IMG/VR virus record: IMGVR_UViG_3300036818_000105 | Span: 60,492-124,491 of that record | Reading direction: 5' to 3' (one strand) | Length of the DNA stretch: 64,000 nucleotides | Origin: a virus | Shown here: positions 1 through 8,931 of the stretch, piece by piece | Numbering within the stretch: position 1 is the stretch's first letter | How the letters are laid out: the number at the start of each line of letters is the position of its first letter | Notes under the pieces: generated by a model | What the model was told of the DNA's origin: nothing | What the model saw: the letters and a program-made list of their open reading frames with translations, nothing else | The model's database searches: none | Program-made: the position numbers and the translations under genes

Positions 1-207
1 AAGGACCCTGAGGCCGGCGACTTCGTCACGCTGTCCGGCCGGATCGTCAGCGTCAACAGGGGCACGGCGCTGGTAGAGGTCTACCGCTCCGACCCGGTTG
101 GCCTGCGCGTCCCGGTGCAGTGCGGGGCACTGGAGCACGTTGAGCCGGTTGCGGACGCTGACCGTCCCGCCGAGCGCGTGCCGCTAAGTTCCATGGACTG
201 GGAGTAG
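1..207 (+). CDS. Partial hypothetical protein (5' truncated)
   Basis: Frame 1 is open from base 1 (KDPEAGDFVTLSGRIVSV...) to TAG at 205-207; GC3-rich codons. Confidence 0.55.
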   Translation, partial: KDPEAGDFVTLSGRIVSVNRGTALVEVYRSDPVGLRVPVQCGALEHVEPVADADRPAERVPLSSMDWE

Positions 208-210
208 CCG

Positions 211-2205
211 ATGACCGTCACTGCCCGGCCTAAGCCCGTGATTGCGGCCCCTGTCGCCCCGCCTCCGGCCCCGCCCCGCCGCCGCGGCATGACCCCGCTG
301 ACCCCGATGCGGGTGCAAACCGCGAAGTCGATGAGCAGGCTCGCCGACCACCTGCAGAAGGACAGCCCGGACCTGCCCGCGCACCAGCACCTGCGCGACG
401 CGGCGAGGACTCTCCGGGCCGGGAACGAGGAGGCGTCGCAGCGGCACCTGCGCGCGGCCATGTTCTCCCTCACCCCGCAGAGCTTGATGCGGAACGGCCA
501 GCACACCGACGACGCGCACCTCGCGGCACGGCAGGCCATGCACGGGCTTCACCGGCATCTCCTGCTGGTGAAGGACATCAGCGATGTCGCGGCGAGGAAC
601 CAGGCGGCTATCCGGCGGGACTCCTACGACGACGACTCCTCCTCCCCGCCCCCCCTGACCTCCCCGGTGCGAGCCGGCCCGAACGCGGGGTACGGTCCCG
701 GTGCGCTGGCGCAGAAGCCGGCCGTCCGGCAGCCACCGGGGAACCAGGCGCTGAACGCCCCGGCGAGGGCGGGAACAGGAAAGCCGGACCCCAACGTTGC
801 CGACCCGGTCGGGCCGCAGCCGAGGGGATCGAAGCAGTTCGCGTACGGGTGGGATGACCTGTCGGCAGTTGTGGAGCTGGCGAGCCGCCCGAAAGTCACT
901 GAGCTGAGCGCCGCTTCCCGTCTCAAGGCACATGACACCGCGTCGGCTACCGCGCACCGGACCGCGTCCGAGCACGCGAAGATGGACGAGGCGCGCAACG
1001 CGCACGGCGAGTTCGCCAAGGTCGGCGTAGCGGACCTCGTGCTGCACCATGACGGCACGGTGGGAAGCAAGAAGACCAAGGCCGCGATCGGCAGCCTGGC
1101 CCATGAGGACGGTAAGTGGGCCGCGACCCACGCTGACGGGACCGTCACTAAGCACGCCACCAAGCAGGCCGCCCTCGCGGCGATAGTCACCCGCCACAAC
1201 AAGGCCGGCAAGGCGGCGGCGATCGCGGCCCCGGGGAAGCCTGCAACGGCCGCCGTCCCTCCTGACTCGCACCCGGCCGGCGATCTCGCCGCGCCGGGCA
1301 AGCCAGCCGCGGCGAAGGCGGGGCCGGCACCGCAGGCACCCGCCCCGGCGGCCGCGAAGGTGCCCATCGTGCACGCGGCCGACCTCACTGTCCACAAGGA
1401 CGGGTCGGTTACCAGCAAGAAAACCGGCGCCCAGGTCGGCGCGATCAGCAAGGCCGGGGCGGGTTACAGCGCCACGCACGCTGACGGCACGGTCACCCAG
1501 CACGCGACGAAGGTCGCTGCCGTCAAGGCCGTCGTGACCAGCCACAACAAGGCGGCCAAGGGCGCGGCAGCCGGGAATGCCGGCGCCTCCTCGCTAAAGC
1601 CGAAGCCGTCAGCCCCGGCAGCGGCGGCAAAGGCCGCCGCCGCGCAGCCGCCGCAGCCGAAGCTGTCCCAGGCGGAGAAGCGGCGGCTCACCGGTATCTG
1701 GTCCGTCTCGTACCGGTACTCAGGCAAGTCGGGCGGGGCAGGCAAGGAAGGCCAGGATTTCACTGACGAACTGCACCGGCTGCTGTCCACGAACAAGCCG
1801 CCGGACGTATGCGGGAAGGGCTGCCAGGAAGCGCACAAGTTCCTGTCCATGGTCGACCAGGATGCCACCGTGCAGCACAAGGAACTGCGGCGCGGCATCA
1901 CGCTGGACGCCGCGGACGCGAAGCGGATGTTCACCCCGGGCAAGACCATGGACATGCCAGCCGCGTCATGGACAACCAAGGCCTCTACCGCAGTGCAGTT
2001 CTCGAAAGGCGACGCGGGGCCGGGAAAAACGAAGGTCATCCTGCACACGGCGCCGCCGGCGAAAGGCCTGGACATAGCCGGCATGTCGAATTACCCGACG
2101 GAAGCCGAAGTGGTCACCGGCGGCCGGTACTCGGTGGACTCGGTGAAGACCGTGAAGGGAGTCATGCACGTGTACGTGACCCAGGGGGACTTCAGTGCTC
2201 ACTAA
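211..2205 (+). CDS. Head-associated multidomain protein with C-terminal ADP-ribosyltransferase (R-S-E, VIP2/Alt-like) domain
   Basis: C-terminus has LRRG...ASWTT...AVQFS...GLDIAGMSNYPTEAEVV (R, S-x-T, E-x-E); duplicated ~59-aa HADGTVT domain; located in the head module. Confidence 0.75.
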   Translation: MTVTARPKPVIAAPVAPPPAPPRRRGMTPLTPMRVQTAKSMSRLADHLQKDSPDLPAHQHLRDAARTLRAGNEEASQRHLRAAMFSLTPQSLMRNGQHTDDAHLAARQAMHGLHRHLLLVKDISDVAARNQAAIRRDSYDDDSSSPPPLTSPVRAGPNAGYGPGALAQKPAVRQPPGNQALNAPARAGTGKPDPNVADPVGPQPRGSKQFAYGWDDLSAVVELASRPKVTELSAASRLKAHDTASATAHRTASEHAKMDEARNAHGEFAKVGVADLVLHHDGTVGSKKTKAAIGSLAHEDGKWAATHADGTVTKHATKQAALAAIVTRHNKAGKAAAIAAPGKPATAAVPPDSHPAGDLAAPGKPAAAKAGPAPQAPAPAAAKVPIVHAADLTVHKDGSVTSKKTGAQVGAISKAGAGYSATHADGTVTQHATKVAAVKAVVTSHNKAAKGAAAGNAGASSLKPKPSAPAAAAKAAAAQPPQPKLSQAEKRRLTGIWSVSYRYSGKSGGAGKEGQDFTDELHRLLSTNKPPDVCGKGCQEAHKFLSMVDQDATVQHKELRRGITLDAADAKRMFTPGKTMDMPAASWTTKASTAVQFSKGDAGPGKTKVILHTAPPAKGLDIAGMSNYPTEAEVVTGGRYSVDSVKTVKGVMHVYVTQGDFSAH

Positions 2206-3715
2206 ATCAGGACTGCCCGGCTGGTTCCCGGAGGACTTCAAGACCGACCCGGCACTGCTGGCGGCGTTCGAGGACGACGCAGAGTGGCACGCGACGGGCA
2301 GGAAGCAGGACGGCCACGCGCATGCCCGCACCTGGGATGAGCTCGCCGCCGTCATCGAGCTGTCGGCCAGGACGGCCGCACTTGAGGTGACCCCGGCCCC
2401 GTACGGCAAGCCAGGCGGCAAGGGCCTGTATGACGTGAAGGGGCTCAGTCACACCCCTTACTTCGAGCAGGTCGTCAAGGCGCTGCGCGGGCGCGGCATG
2501 GACAAGGGCAAGGCCTCAGCGGTCGCGTACGGGGCGCTGCGGAAGTGGGCGGCGGGCGGCGGCAAGGTCCATCCCGAAGTCCGCGCTGCGGCCACCGCCG
2601 CACTGGCCGGGGAGAAGGCGATCGGCGCGTCCGCTAAGGCGGTCCACGGGCACGCCAACCGGCCGCGCCGTGTCATTGACCTCGACTGGGCGGCGTGGGA
2701 CGCCGGCCACGGCGAGGCGTCGGTTAAAGCCCACGACACGGCCAGCGCCACGGCGAGCAGGGACGCGAAGGCGAAGATGGCGGCGGACCACCTCCACGCG
2801 GCAGCGGACCAGGCGGACCGGAAGTTCCCGTCCGCCAGCGCGGGCAGCGACATCCACGCGGCCGCCGACTCGTTCTCCGCCGGCGACGCGCAGGGGGCGC
2901 ACCAGCACCTCGCCGACGCCCGCTCGAAGCTGAGGGGCGCGAGCGAGGCCAAGGGAAAGGTCCCCGGCCGCGATCCCGTCGCCAATGACTTCAGCGGCCT
3001 CGACAGCACCCTGAAGCAGGGCCAGGGCCAGGCGCAGATGATGGCCCAGCAGCAGGATGACGACGCGAAGGCGGCAGCGAAGATGGCGAAGAAGGCGGCG
3101 AGGGCGCAGAACCACGCGGTGACGTGGGCTGACGTGGCGAGGGTGGTCGAGCTGGCCGCTAACCCGGCCCAGCCCAGGGTTGCCTCCGGGAGCACAGGGG
3201 CGGGGCAGTTCACGTCCGGGGCCAGCACCGCCCCGGCGGCCGCGCCGCCCCCGGCCGGCGGGAAGAGCGTCGCCAGCCAGACGGCCAGCGCCACCGCCAA
3301 GGCGACGATCGCCAAGAAGGCGCAGCAGAAGGCGGCGCTGATGAAGACGGCGGCGCAGGCCCGTGCTAAGGCCGACGCCCTCGAAGCGCAGATGCACACG
3401 CTGAAGCAGGAACTGGCGAGCGCGTCCGGGGCGACGTCCAGCGGCCAGTCCGGCAGCACCACGTCCGCCGGCAGTTCCACGACCAGTTCCGGCGCCTCCA
3501 CCACGGCGAGCACCGCCCCTGCCACGGCCAGTACGGCGGCGGCGACTCCTGCGGCGAGCACGACGGCTGCCGCCCCGGCAGCCAGCACGAGCACCCCGGC
3601 GCTGACGACAGCCCAGACCGCGCAGATCACCGCCCAGATCGGCCAGCTCACCACGCAGATCCAGGCGTACCAGAAGGTGATCCAGCAGGCGACTGCGCAA
3701 GCGGCGAAGCTGTAG
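2195..3715 (+). CDS. Ala-rich head-associated protein
   Basis: Overlaps the upstream stop; shares KAHDTASATA, W-x-D/E-x4-V/I-E-L motifs and a helical HQHL domain with 211..2205. Confidence 0.7.
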   Translation: MLTKSGLPGWFPEDFKTDPALLAAFEDDAEWHATGRKQDGHAHARTWDELAAVIELSARTAALEVTPAPYGKPGGKGLYDVKGLSHTPYFEQVVKALRGRGMDKGKASAVAYGALRKWAAGGGKVHPEVRAAATAALAGEKAIGASAKAVHGHANRPRRVIDLDWAAWDAGHGEASVKAHDTASATASRDAKAKMAADHLHAAADQADRKFPSASAGSDIHAAADSFSAGDAQGAHQHLADARSKLRGASEAKGKVPGRDPVANDFSGLDSTLKQGQGQAQMMAQQQDDDAKAAAKMAKKAARAQNHAVTWADVARVVELAANPAQPRVASGSTGAGQFTSGASTAPAAAPPPAGGKSVASQTASATAKATIAKKAQQKAALMKTAAQARAKADALEAQMHTLKQELASASGATSSGQSGSTTSAGSSTTSSGASTTASTAPATASTAAATPAASTTAAAPAASTSTPALTTAQTAQITAQIGQLTTQIQAYQKVIQQATAQAAKL

Positions 3716-3736
3716 CGACACCGATATGCTCGGGTA

Positions 3737-3955
3737 ATGGCCGGCATCGAGGCGAACAGCGACGAGCGCTACCCGTACGTCTGGGTCAAGTTCCGGGATG
3801 ACCCCGCCGCCCCGTACTCGTCTATGTTCGGTGACGGCAGGACGTTCAAGCCGAACGTGGAGCTGACCGCTGAGGAAGAGTCGGACCTGAAGGACTTGCG
3901 CGACCGCTGGGAAGCGTGGCAGGGCAGGCTCCGGGTGATGCTGGGAGAAGACTGA
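3737..3955 (+). CDS. Hypothetical protein, probably leaderless
   Basis: -10 TATGCT at 3725-3730, 6 nt before the ATG. Confidence 0.6.
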   Translation: MAGIEANSDERYPYVWVKFRDDPAAPYSSMFGDGRTFKPNVELTAEEESDLKDLRDRWEAWQGRLRVMLGED

Positions 3956-4575
3956 TGATGAGCGGCGAGGACAAGGTCCGGGAGGCCAGGCTCCGGCGCG
4001 TTGCCGACCGAAGGGGCCTGCGGCTAGTCAGGTCCCGCCGCCGCGACCCCGGCGCGCTCACCTACGGGCGCTACTTCGTGCAGGCGCAAGACGGGCGCGT
4101 TCCGGACGGCTACCAGACCGTCCGGGGCTTCACCCTCGACGAGGCAGAGGAACGGCTGGCGATGGCCGTCACGGCCGGCGAGATCGAACGGCGAGGCGAG
4201 TACGCGCCAGAGCGCCCGTTCCCGCCCGAGAGCACGGGCGGCGGCCGACAGCGCGGCTACGGCTACGGCTACTCCGCTGCCCGCAAGGCCGGGGAACTGG
4301 ACCCCGAGTGGGTGATGGCGGGCGTTGACGTCCCGGCCGGGAAGCGGCTGTACGCGAGCAGGGAGCTGAAGGGCTCGGCGTTCGCGGTGGCCGTGGACGA
4401 GAACTGGAACGGCGACGGCTGGCACCTCACTACGACCATGTGCCGGATGCTGGTGGTCACCAAGCCCACCTACGCGGAGTGCCTGGCTGAGCTGATGACG
4501 ATCTGGCAGAACTGGGACAACGCGGGCCGGGAACTGCCCGCCGCGAGCTCGGGTAACGGAAGGGCGCTGTCGTGA
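3955..4575 (+). CDS. Hypothetical protein
   Basis: TGATG coupling to the upstream gene; good codon bias. Confidence 0.6.
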   Translation: MMSGEDKVREARLRRVADRRGLRLVRSRRRDPGALTYGRYFVQAQDGRVPDGYQTVRGFTLDEAEERLAMAVTAGEIERRGEYAPERPFPPESTGGGRQRGYGYGYSAARKAGELDPEWVMAGVDVPAGKRLYASRELKGSAFAVAVDENWNGDGWHLTTTMCRMLVVTKPTYAECLAELMTIWQNWDNAGRELPAASSGNGRALS

Positions 4576-4718
4576 CCTTGCACATGGCACCCGTCAAGCG
4601 GTCCCGGCTGCCCAGGTGGATCGGCCGCCTCATCGCCCGCTGGCAGCTGCGCAACTGGCACTACACCGGCGTTGTGGAGGACGACCCGTACGAGAATGAC
4701 GGGGAAGGCGACGGATGA
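4572..4718 (+). CDS. Small hypothetical protein (48 aa)
   Basis: GTGA overlap at the start and ATGA overlap at the end; fills the gap exactly. Confidence 0.45.
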   Translation: MTLHMAPVKRSRLPRWIGRLIARWQLRNWHYTGVVEDDPYENDGEGDG

Positions 4719-5470
4719 CGATCACAGAGCAGGTGCTTGACCTCGCCGAACCGGCGGATGACGCTGGCGATTCCAGCGGCGCGGACCTGGCGTCGGCAAC
4801 AGTCAGCCCGGCGGCGATGAAGTCGCCCGGCCTTCCCGTCCCGGACGACCCGGCGGCGATCTCCATCTTCACCGCGCACCGGGTTGACGAGGTGCTCCAC
4901 AAGCTCTCTCACGCCGCCGAGCGGATGAAGGCTTCCCGCTCCGCTTCCGGGGACCTGCGGAAGTACCACGCCTCCCTCCTCGCCGGGCACCTGCAGTCAG
5001 CCCTGAAGGCCGGGCATGACCTGGTGGCGAACATCCGCGAGCACTACCCGGACGAGGCTAAGGAACTGGACGCGGTCGGGGAGTCGGTAGGTCTGGCGAA
5101 GGCGGTCAGTTCCGAAGCTAAGGCGGCCACGACCGCGCACCTCCTCGAGACGACGCTGCACGAGCTGACTCACGGCGCCCGGCACGCCCTGCAGATGACG
5201 GAGGACACGCCGGAGGACGAGCAGGAGTTCAACGCCGACCACGCGGAGAAGCACCTCGGCGGGGCGGTGGAGCACGCGGGGAAGCTTGAGGAGCACTTCA
5301 AGGACAATTACCCGGACGTGGCGGGGTGGCTGAACGGGCTCACCGAGGTCACCGAGGACGCTGAGGAGAGCGACGGGGACGCCGAGCACGCCCGGTACAG
5401 CAAGGCCGGCGGCGGGACGATCGCGGCGCAGCTGGCGAACGCGGGGACGATCGGCGGGCAGCTGCTCTAG
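4715..5470 (+). CDS. His/Glu-rich helical protein with internal duplication
   Basis: Two AH...LH.L.H...HL..A...H/NYPD repeats. Confidence 0.7.
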   Translation: MTITEQVLDLAEPADDAGDSSGADLASATVSPAAMKSPGLPVPDDPAAISIFTAHRVDEVLHKLSHAAERMKASRSASGDLRKYHASLLAGHLQSALKAGHDLVANIREHYPDEAKELDAVGESVGLAKAVSSEAKAATTAHLLETTLHELTHGARHALQMTEDTPEDEQEFNADHAEKHLGGAVEHAGKLEEHFKDNYPDVAGWLNGLTEVTEDAEESDGDAEHARYSKAGGGTIAAQLANAGTIGGQLL

Positions 5471-5509
5471 CTGCCCGCATTTCGGGTGGCCCCGACCCGC
5501 ATGCTCCGG

Positions 5510-5515
5510 TATCGT
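5510..5515 (+). promoter_or_regulatory. Putative -10 element for the Y RNA/rsr cassette
   Basis: TATCGT about 12 nt upstream of the first Y RNA stem. Confidence 0.4.
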
Positions 5516-5526
5516 CTGGGGCAGCA

Positions 5527-5601
5527 CCTCTCCCGAAGTGCTGGCGCCGGTTCCTTCTCTTGCGTTGAAAACGACCCGCCGCCGATCCGTTGTCGGGAGG
5601 G
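5527..5601 (+). ncRNA. Short Y RNA lacking the tRNA module
   Basis: Terminal stem CTCTCCCGA/TCGGGAGGG; shares CCCGAAGTGC..GGC.CCGG and CCGA..CGTT.TCGGG with the adjacent YrlA; directly upstream of Ro60. Confidence 0.75.
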
Positions 5602-5615
5602 ATCAACTTCATGAC

Positions 5616-5763
5616 GGCGTGCCCGAAGTGCAGGCACCGGCTACTTCTTGGGAACTGAGAGTTGCGGGTTCAAATCCCGTCCGGACGGCCATGCCGCCCG
5701 GTGGCGCAACCTGGTAGCGCATCAGTACGAAAATGCCGGCACCGACTCGTTATCGGGCACGCC
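5616..5763 (+). ncRNA. yrlA: YrlA-type Y RNA with circularly permuted tRNA-like domain
   Basis: 11-bp terminal stem GGCGTGCCCGA/TCGGGCACGCC; T-arm GCGGG-TTCAAAT-CCCGT (5664-5680), closed acceptor-like stem (5681-5701), D-arm GCGC-AACCTGGTA-GCGC (5704-5720), ACTGA/TCAGT stem; adjacent to a TROVE gene. Confidence 0.9.
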
Positions 5764-5804
5764 AGTCGTGAAGTCAGGCCCTCCCCCTCACGTGAGGGGT
5801 TGAG

Positions 5805-7469
5805 ATGAGCAAGAACAACCGGGGAACCGTCCTCGCGGCCGTATCTAGCCCGGTCGCCAGCGAGGCTCGCCCGTCAGCGTCTACCGCTCTCGGCGCGCCG
5901 GGGTACGCCCGCGACGTGCAGTCAGAGCTGTTCCTTCTCGCCGCGTGCAACCTGCCCGGCGAGAAGGCGTTCCACGAGGGCACCGACGAGCGGGTGAAGC
6001 GGTTCCGTGACCTGGTGCGCGAGGCCTCGGCGGTCAGCCCGGACTGGACCGCCGCCCTGCTCCCGTACCTGCGCGGCCCCGGTAACCTGCGGCTCGCGCC
6101 CGTGGAGGCGGCGGCCGAGTACGCGTGGGCGCGGCGGGACGAGGCGGGAACGGGCCGCGAGGTCAGTAACCCGCCCAAGGCAACCGTCCGGCAGGTTGTC
6201 AACTCAGTGCTTCAGCGCGCCGACGAGCCCGGCGAGATCATCGCCTACTGGCTGGCCCGCTACGGCCGGAAGATGCCGATCGGCTTCAAGCGCGGTGTCG
6301 CCGACGCGGTACTGCGCCTCTACACCGAATGGTCGCTCCTGAAGTACGACACCCGCGAGGCCGCGGTGCGCTTCGGTGACGTGATCGAGCTGGTGCAGCC
6401 GCGGTACGTCAGCAAGGAGTACGGGACCTGGCGGGACGCCCTCTACAAGCACGCGATCGAGCGGCGCCACAACCGGGACAACCCGATCCCTGAGCCGCTG
6501 GCGATGATCCGGGCGAACGCGGCGCTGAACGCGGCGGCGGCCACCGACCCGAGGGTGCTGCTCGACACGGAGCGGCTGCTGGCCGCTGGGATGACGTGGC
6601 AGAACGCGCTGTCCATGGCGGGCGACAAGGTCGACAAGGGCAAGCTGTGGTCAGCCCTGGCCCCGATCATGGGCTACGACGCGCTGCGGAAGAACCTCCG
6701 CAACTTCGACCAGTCCGGCATGCCGGACGAGGTGGCCGAGGCGGTCGCGGCGCGGCTGTGCGACCCGGAGCAGGTGGCGAAGTCGCGCCTCTTCCCGTTC
6801 CGGTTCCTGTCCGCCTACCGCGCGGCCCCCTCGCTGCGGTGGGCGTACCCGCTGGAGAAGGCATTGAACGCGTCACTGTCGAACGTCCCCGCACTCAAGG
6901 GGCGGACGCTCGTGCTCGTGGACCGCTCGCCGTCGATGTGGGACCAGAAGTTCAGCGAGCACTCCGACATGCCGTGGGCGGACGCCGCGGCCTTGTTCGG
7001 CGCGGCGATCGCGCTGCGGGCCGAGCAGGCGGACCTCGTGGAGTTCTGGGGGATGTCGCGGCCGGTGCCGTTCCAGGCGGCCGACTCGGTGCTGAAGCTC
7101 ACGGAGCGGTTCAGCTTCCAGCCCGCGCCGGGCGGGACCGACATCCCCTCGGCGGTCGTCGCCCACCTGCGGCCCGATCACGCGCGGGTGGTCATCGTCA
7201 CCGACGAGCAGACGCAGGCCGGCTACCTGCCGTCGAACATGCGCTACCAGGGCGGCAGGCCCCCGATGCTGATTGACGACCTGGTGCCGAAGTCCAAGCC
7301 GCTCTACATGTGGAACTTCGGCGGTTACAAGCACGGCGCGGCGCCGTCCGGGACGGGAAACCGGGTCACGCTCGGCGGCTTGTCGGACTCCGCCTTCCGC
7401 CTTATCCCCATGCTTGAGGCGGGACGTGAATGCGACTGGAACGCCCTCTTCGGCGTCACTGCGGACTAA
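5805..7469 (+). CDS. rsr: Ro60/TROVE domain RNA-binding protein (Rsr) with C-terminal VWA domain
   Basis: SELFLLA, RADEPGE..AYW, KRGVADA, LLKYD, ALRKNLRNFD, KSRLFPFRFLSAY, VLVDRSPSM (MIDAS), GGTD, VIVTDEQ. Confidence 0.93.
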   Translation: MSKNNRGTVLAAVSSPVASEARPSASTALGAPGYARDVQSELFLLAACNLPGEKAFHEGTDERVKRFRDLVREASAVSPDWTAALLPYLRGPGNLRLAPVEAAAEYAWARRDEAGTGREVSNPPKATVRQVVNSVLQRADEPGEIIAYWLARYGRKMPIGFKRGVADAVLRLYTEWSLLKYDTREAAVRFGDVIELVQPRYVSKEYGTWRDALYKHAIERRHNRDNPIPEPLAMIRANAALNAAAATDPRVLLDTERLLAAGMTWQNALSMAGDKVDKGKLWSALAPIMGYDALRKNLRNFDQSGMPDEVAEAVAARLCDPEQVAKSRLFPFRFLSAYRAAPSLRWAYPLEKALNASLSNVPALKGRTLVLVDRSPSMWDQKFSEHSDMPWADAAALFGAAIALRAEQADLVEFWGMSRPVPFQAADSVLKLTERFSFQPAPGGTDIPSAVVAHLRPDHARVVIVTDEQTQAGYLPSNMRYQGGRPPMLIDDLVPKSKPLYMWNFGGYKHGAAPSGTGNRVTLGGLSDSAFRLIPMLEAGRECDWNALFGVTAD

Positions 7470-7489
7470 AGGGCCCGCGCGCAAGAAGG

Positions 7490-7547
7490 GCAAGCCCCGG
7501 ATGCCCGGCCCCGTAAGAGGGCCGGGCATCCGGGGCTTTTGCTTTTG
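7490..7547 (+). terminator. Intrinsic terminator after rsr
   Basis: AAGCCCCGGATGCCCGGCCCC / GGGGCCGGGCATCCGGGGCTT followed by a T-rich tail. Confidence 0.85.
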
Positions 7548-7602
7548 AGCGGGGACCGGCACGGCAGGGGCTGCGTGTGCCGGACCCCGCCAGAAATCCT
7601 AG

Positions 7603-7649
7603 TGCACGTGCATCCGCTCCGTGCATCTGCACGTGCATGAGGCTATGCT
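7603..7649 (+). promoter_or_regulatory. Putative late promoter/operator, copy 1
   Basis: TGCACGTGCAT-N7-GTGCATCTGCACGTGCATGAG-N2-TATGCT; same architecture at 31360-31406. Confidence 0.7.
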
Positions 7650-7689
7650 TGCCGCTAGGCAGGGGTGCCAGCCGTTTGAGAGGACGGAC

Positions 7690-8655
7690 GTGGGCACATC
7701 CCTGGACTTCGCCGCACCCAAGCTCGGCAGCGGCACCCGGTTCAAGAAGCTGTCCGCGACCCTCGCCGCCCGCGGCGCCCACGACCCCGACGCCCTCGCG
7801 GCCTACATCGGCCGGAAGAAGTACGGCTCGGGCATGGGCAAGCTCTCCCACCACAAGTCCCTCGCCGGCGACGACCTCGGCATCTACCTGTCCGAGACCA
7901 CGAAGGACGACCAGGGCAAGACCCTGACCTGCCCGGAGTGCAACTACTCCGGCCCCGCGAACCGCTTCGGTGCCTCCGGCGCGTCCCTCCAGAGCGCCCC
8001 CGGTGACCTCCGCACCCCCGCGCCCGGCACCGGCGGAGTCCGCAAGGGCGTGCCGCTGACGGTCAAGTCCGGCGCCGCCCACGCCCTCGCCAACGGCACC
8101 CGCGGCGCGGTCGAGCTCGCCACCGGCACGGCCCGCCGCCCCATCCGCGGCCCCATGGACGTGCTCGCCTCCCGCGCGGAGGACGGTGTCGCGGTCCTCA
8201 GGCACCGCAACGGCGGCGCGACGATCGCCACCCTCCGCAAGACCGACGGCGGCAAGTGGGTCGCCAACGTCAACGGCCGTGACCTCGAGCCCCGCGACCA
8301 CCAGCGCACCGCCCTCATGGAAGCGGTAGGCCAGTGGAACGGGTCCATCAGGGGCGCCGTCCGCCCGCAGGAGGCCCCTCTCCAGCACGAGCCCGTGCAG
8401 ACGCCGCTGATGGCCGAGTACGGCATCCCCGCGATGCGCTCCGCCGCGTTCGCCACCCCGACCACGGGAGCGGGCGACGGGCCGAGGATGACCAGCGCTG
8501 ACGGCGGGGGCACCGACGAGAACGGCCTGACCGCCAAGGGCCAGGGCATCTACAAGAAGCTGCTCGCCAAGGGCTTCCCCCAGGCCAGGGCGCTGAGCTT
8601 CGCGAAGAACAGCCAGAAGACGAAGGCCGGCACGTTCGGCAAGGTCGCGGCCTGA
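7690..8655 (+). CDS. Head-module hypothetical protein (CxxC)
   Basis: GTG start after GAGGA; DPDALAAYIGRKKYG motif; upstream of the protease. Confidence 0.7.
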   Translation: MGTSLDFAAPKLGSGTRFKKLSATLAARGAHDPDALAAYIGRKKYGSGMGKLSHHKSLAGDDLGIYLSETTKDDQGKTLTCPECNYSGPANRFGASGASLQSAPGDLRTPAPGTGGVRKGVPLTVKSGAAHALANGTRGAVELATGTARRPIRGPMDVLASRAEDGVAVLRHRNGGATIATLRKTDGGKWVANVNGRDLEPRDHQRTALMEAVGQWNGSIRGAVRPQEAPLQHEPVQTPLMAEYGIPAMRSAAFATPTTGAGDGPRMTSADGGGTDENGLTAKGQGIYKKLLAKGFPQARALSFAKNSQKTKAGTFGKVAA

Positions 8656-8930
8656 TGACCACGCTCACGCACACCTTCACGCGGACCCACATCGTCATCA
8701 CGCCCGCGAACCCCTTCCTCGCCTGCCGGACGTGCCGTAAGCGCGTCGAGGCGTTCCACGATGACGAGTGCGGCTGCGATGAGAGCGGCGGCCCGCTGCT
8801 CCTGATGCCGTGCTTCCACCGCGGCGAGTACGACGACCTGTGCCCGTCATGGAGCCCGGTCGACGGCTGCACCTGCCGGGAAGTGCTCGGCCGCGTCCCG
8901 CACCCGGCAGAACTGCCGAGGACCGCCTGA
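8655..8930 (+). CDS. Cys-rich small hypothetical protein
   Basis: TGATG coupling; several Cys pairs. Confidence 0.5.
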   Translation: MTTLTHTFTRTHIVITPANPFLACRTCRKRVEAFHDDECGCDESGGPLLLMPCFHRGEYDDLCPSWSPVDGCTCREVLGRVPHPAELPRTA

Positions 8931-8931
8931 C

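Noticed and set aside
5654-5726. Canonical tRNA gene
   Set aside because: The T-arm precedes the D-arm, there is no anticodon loop or CCA end, and it is embedded in a Y RNA stem
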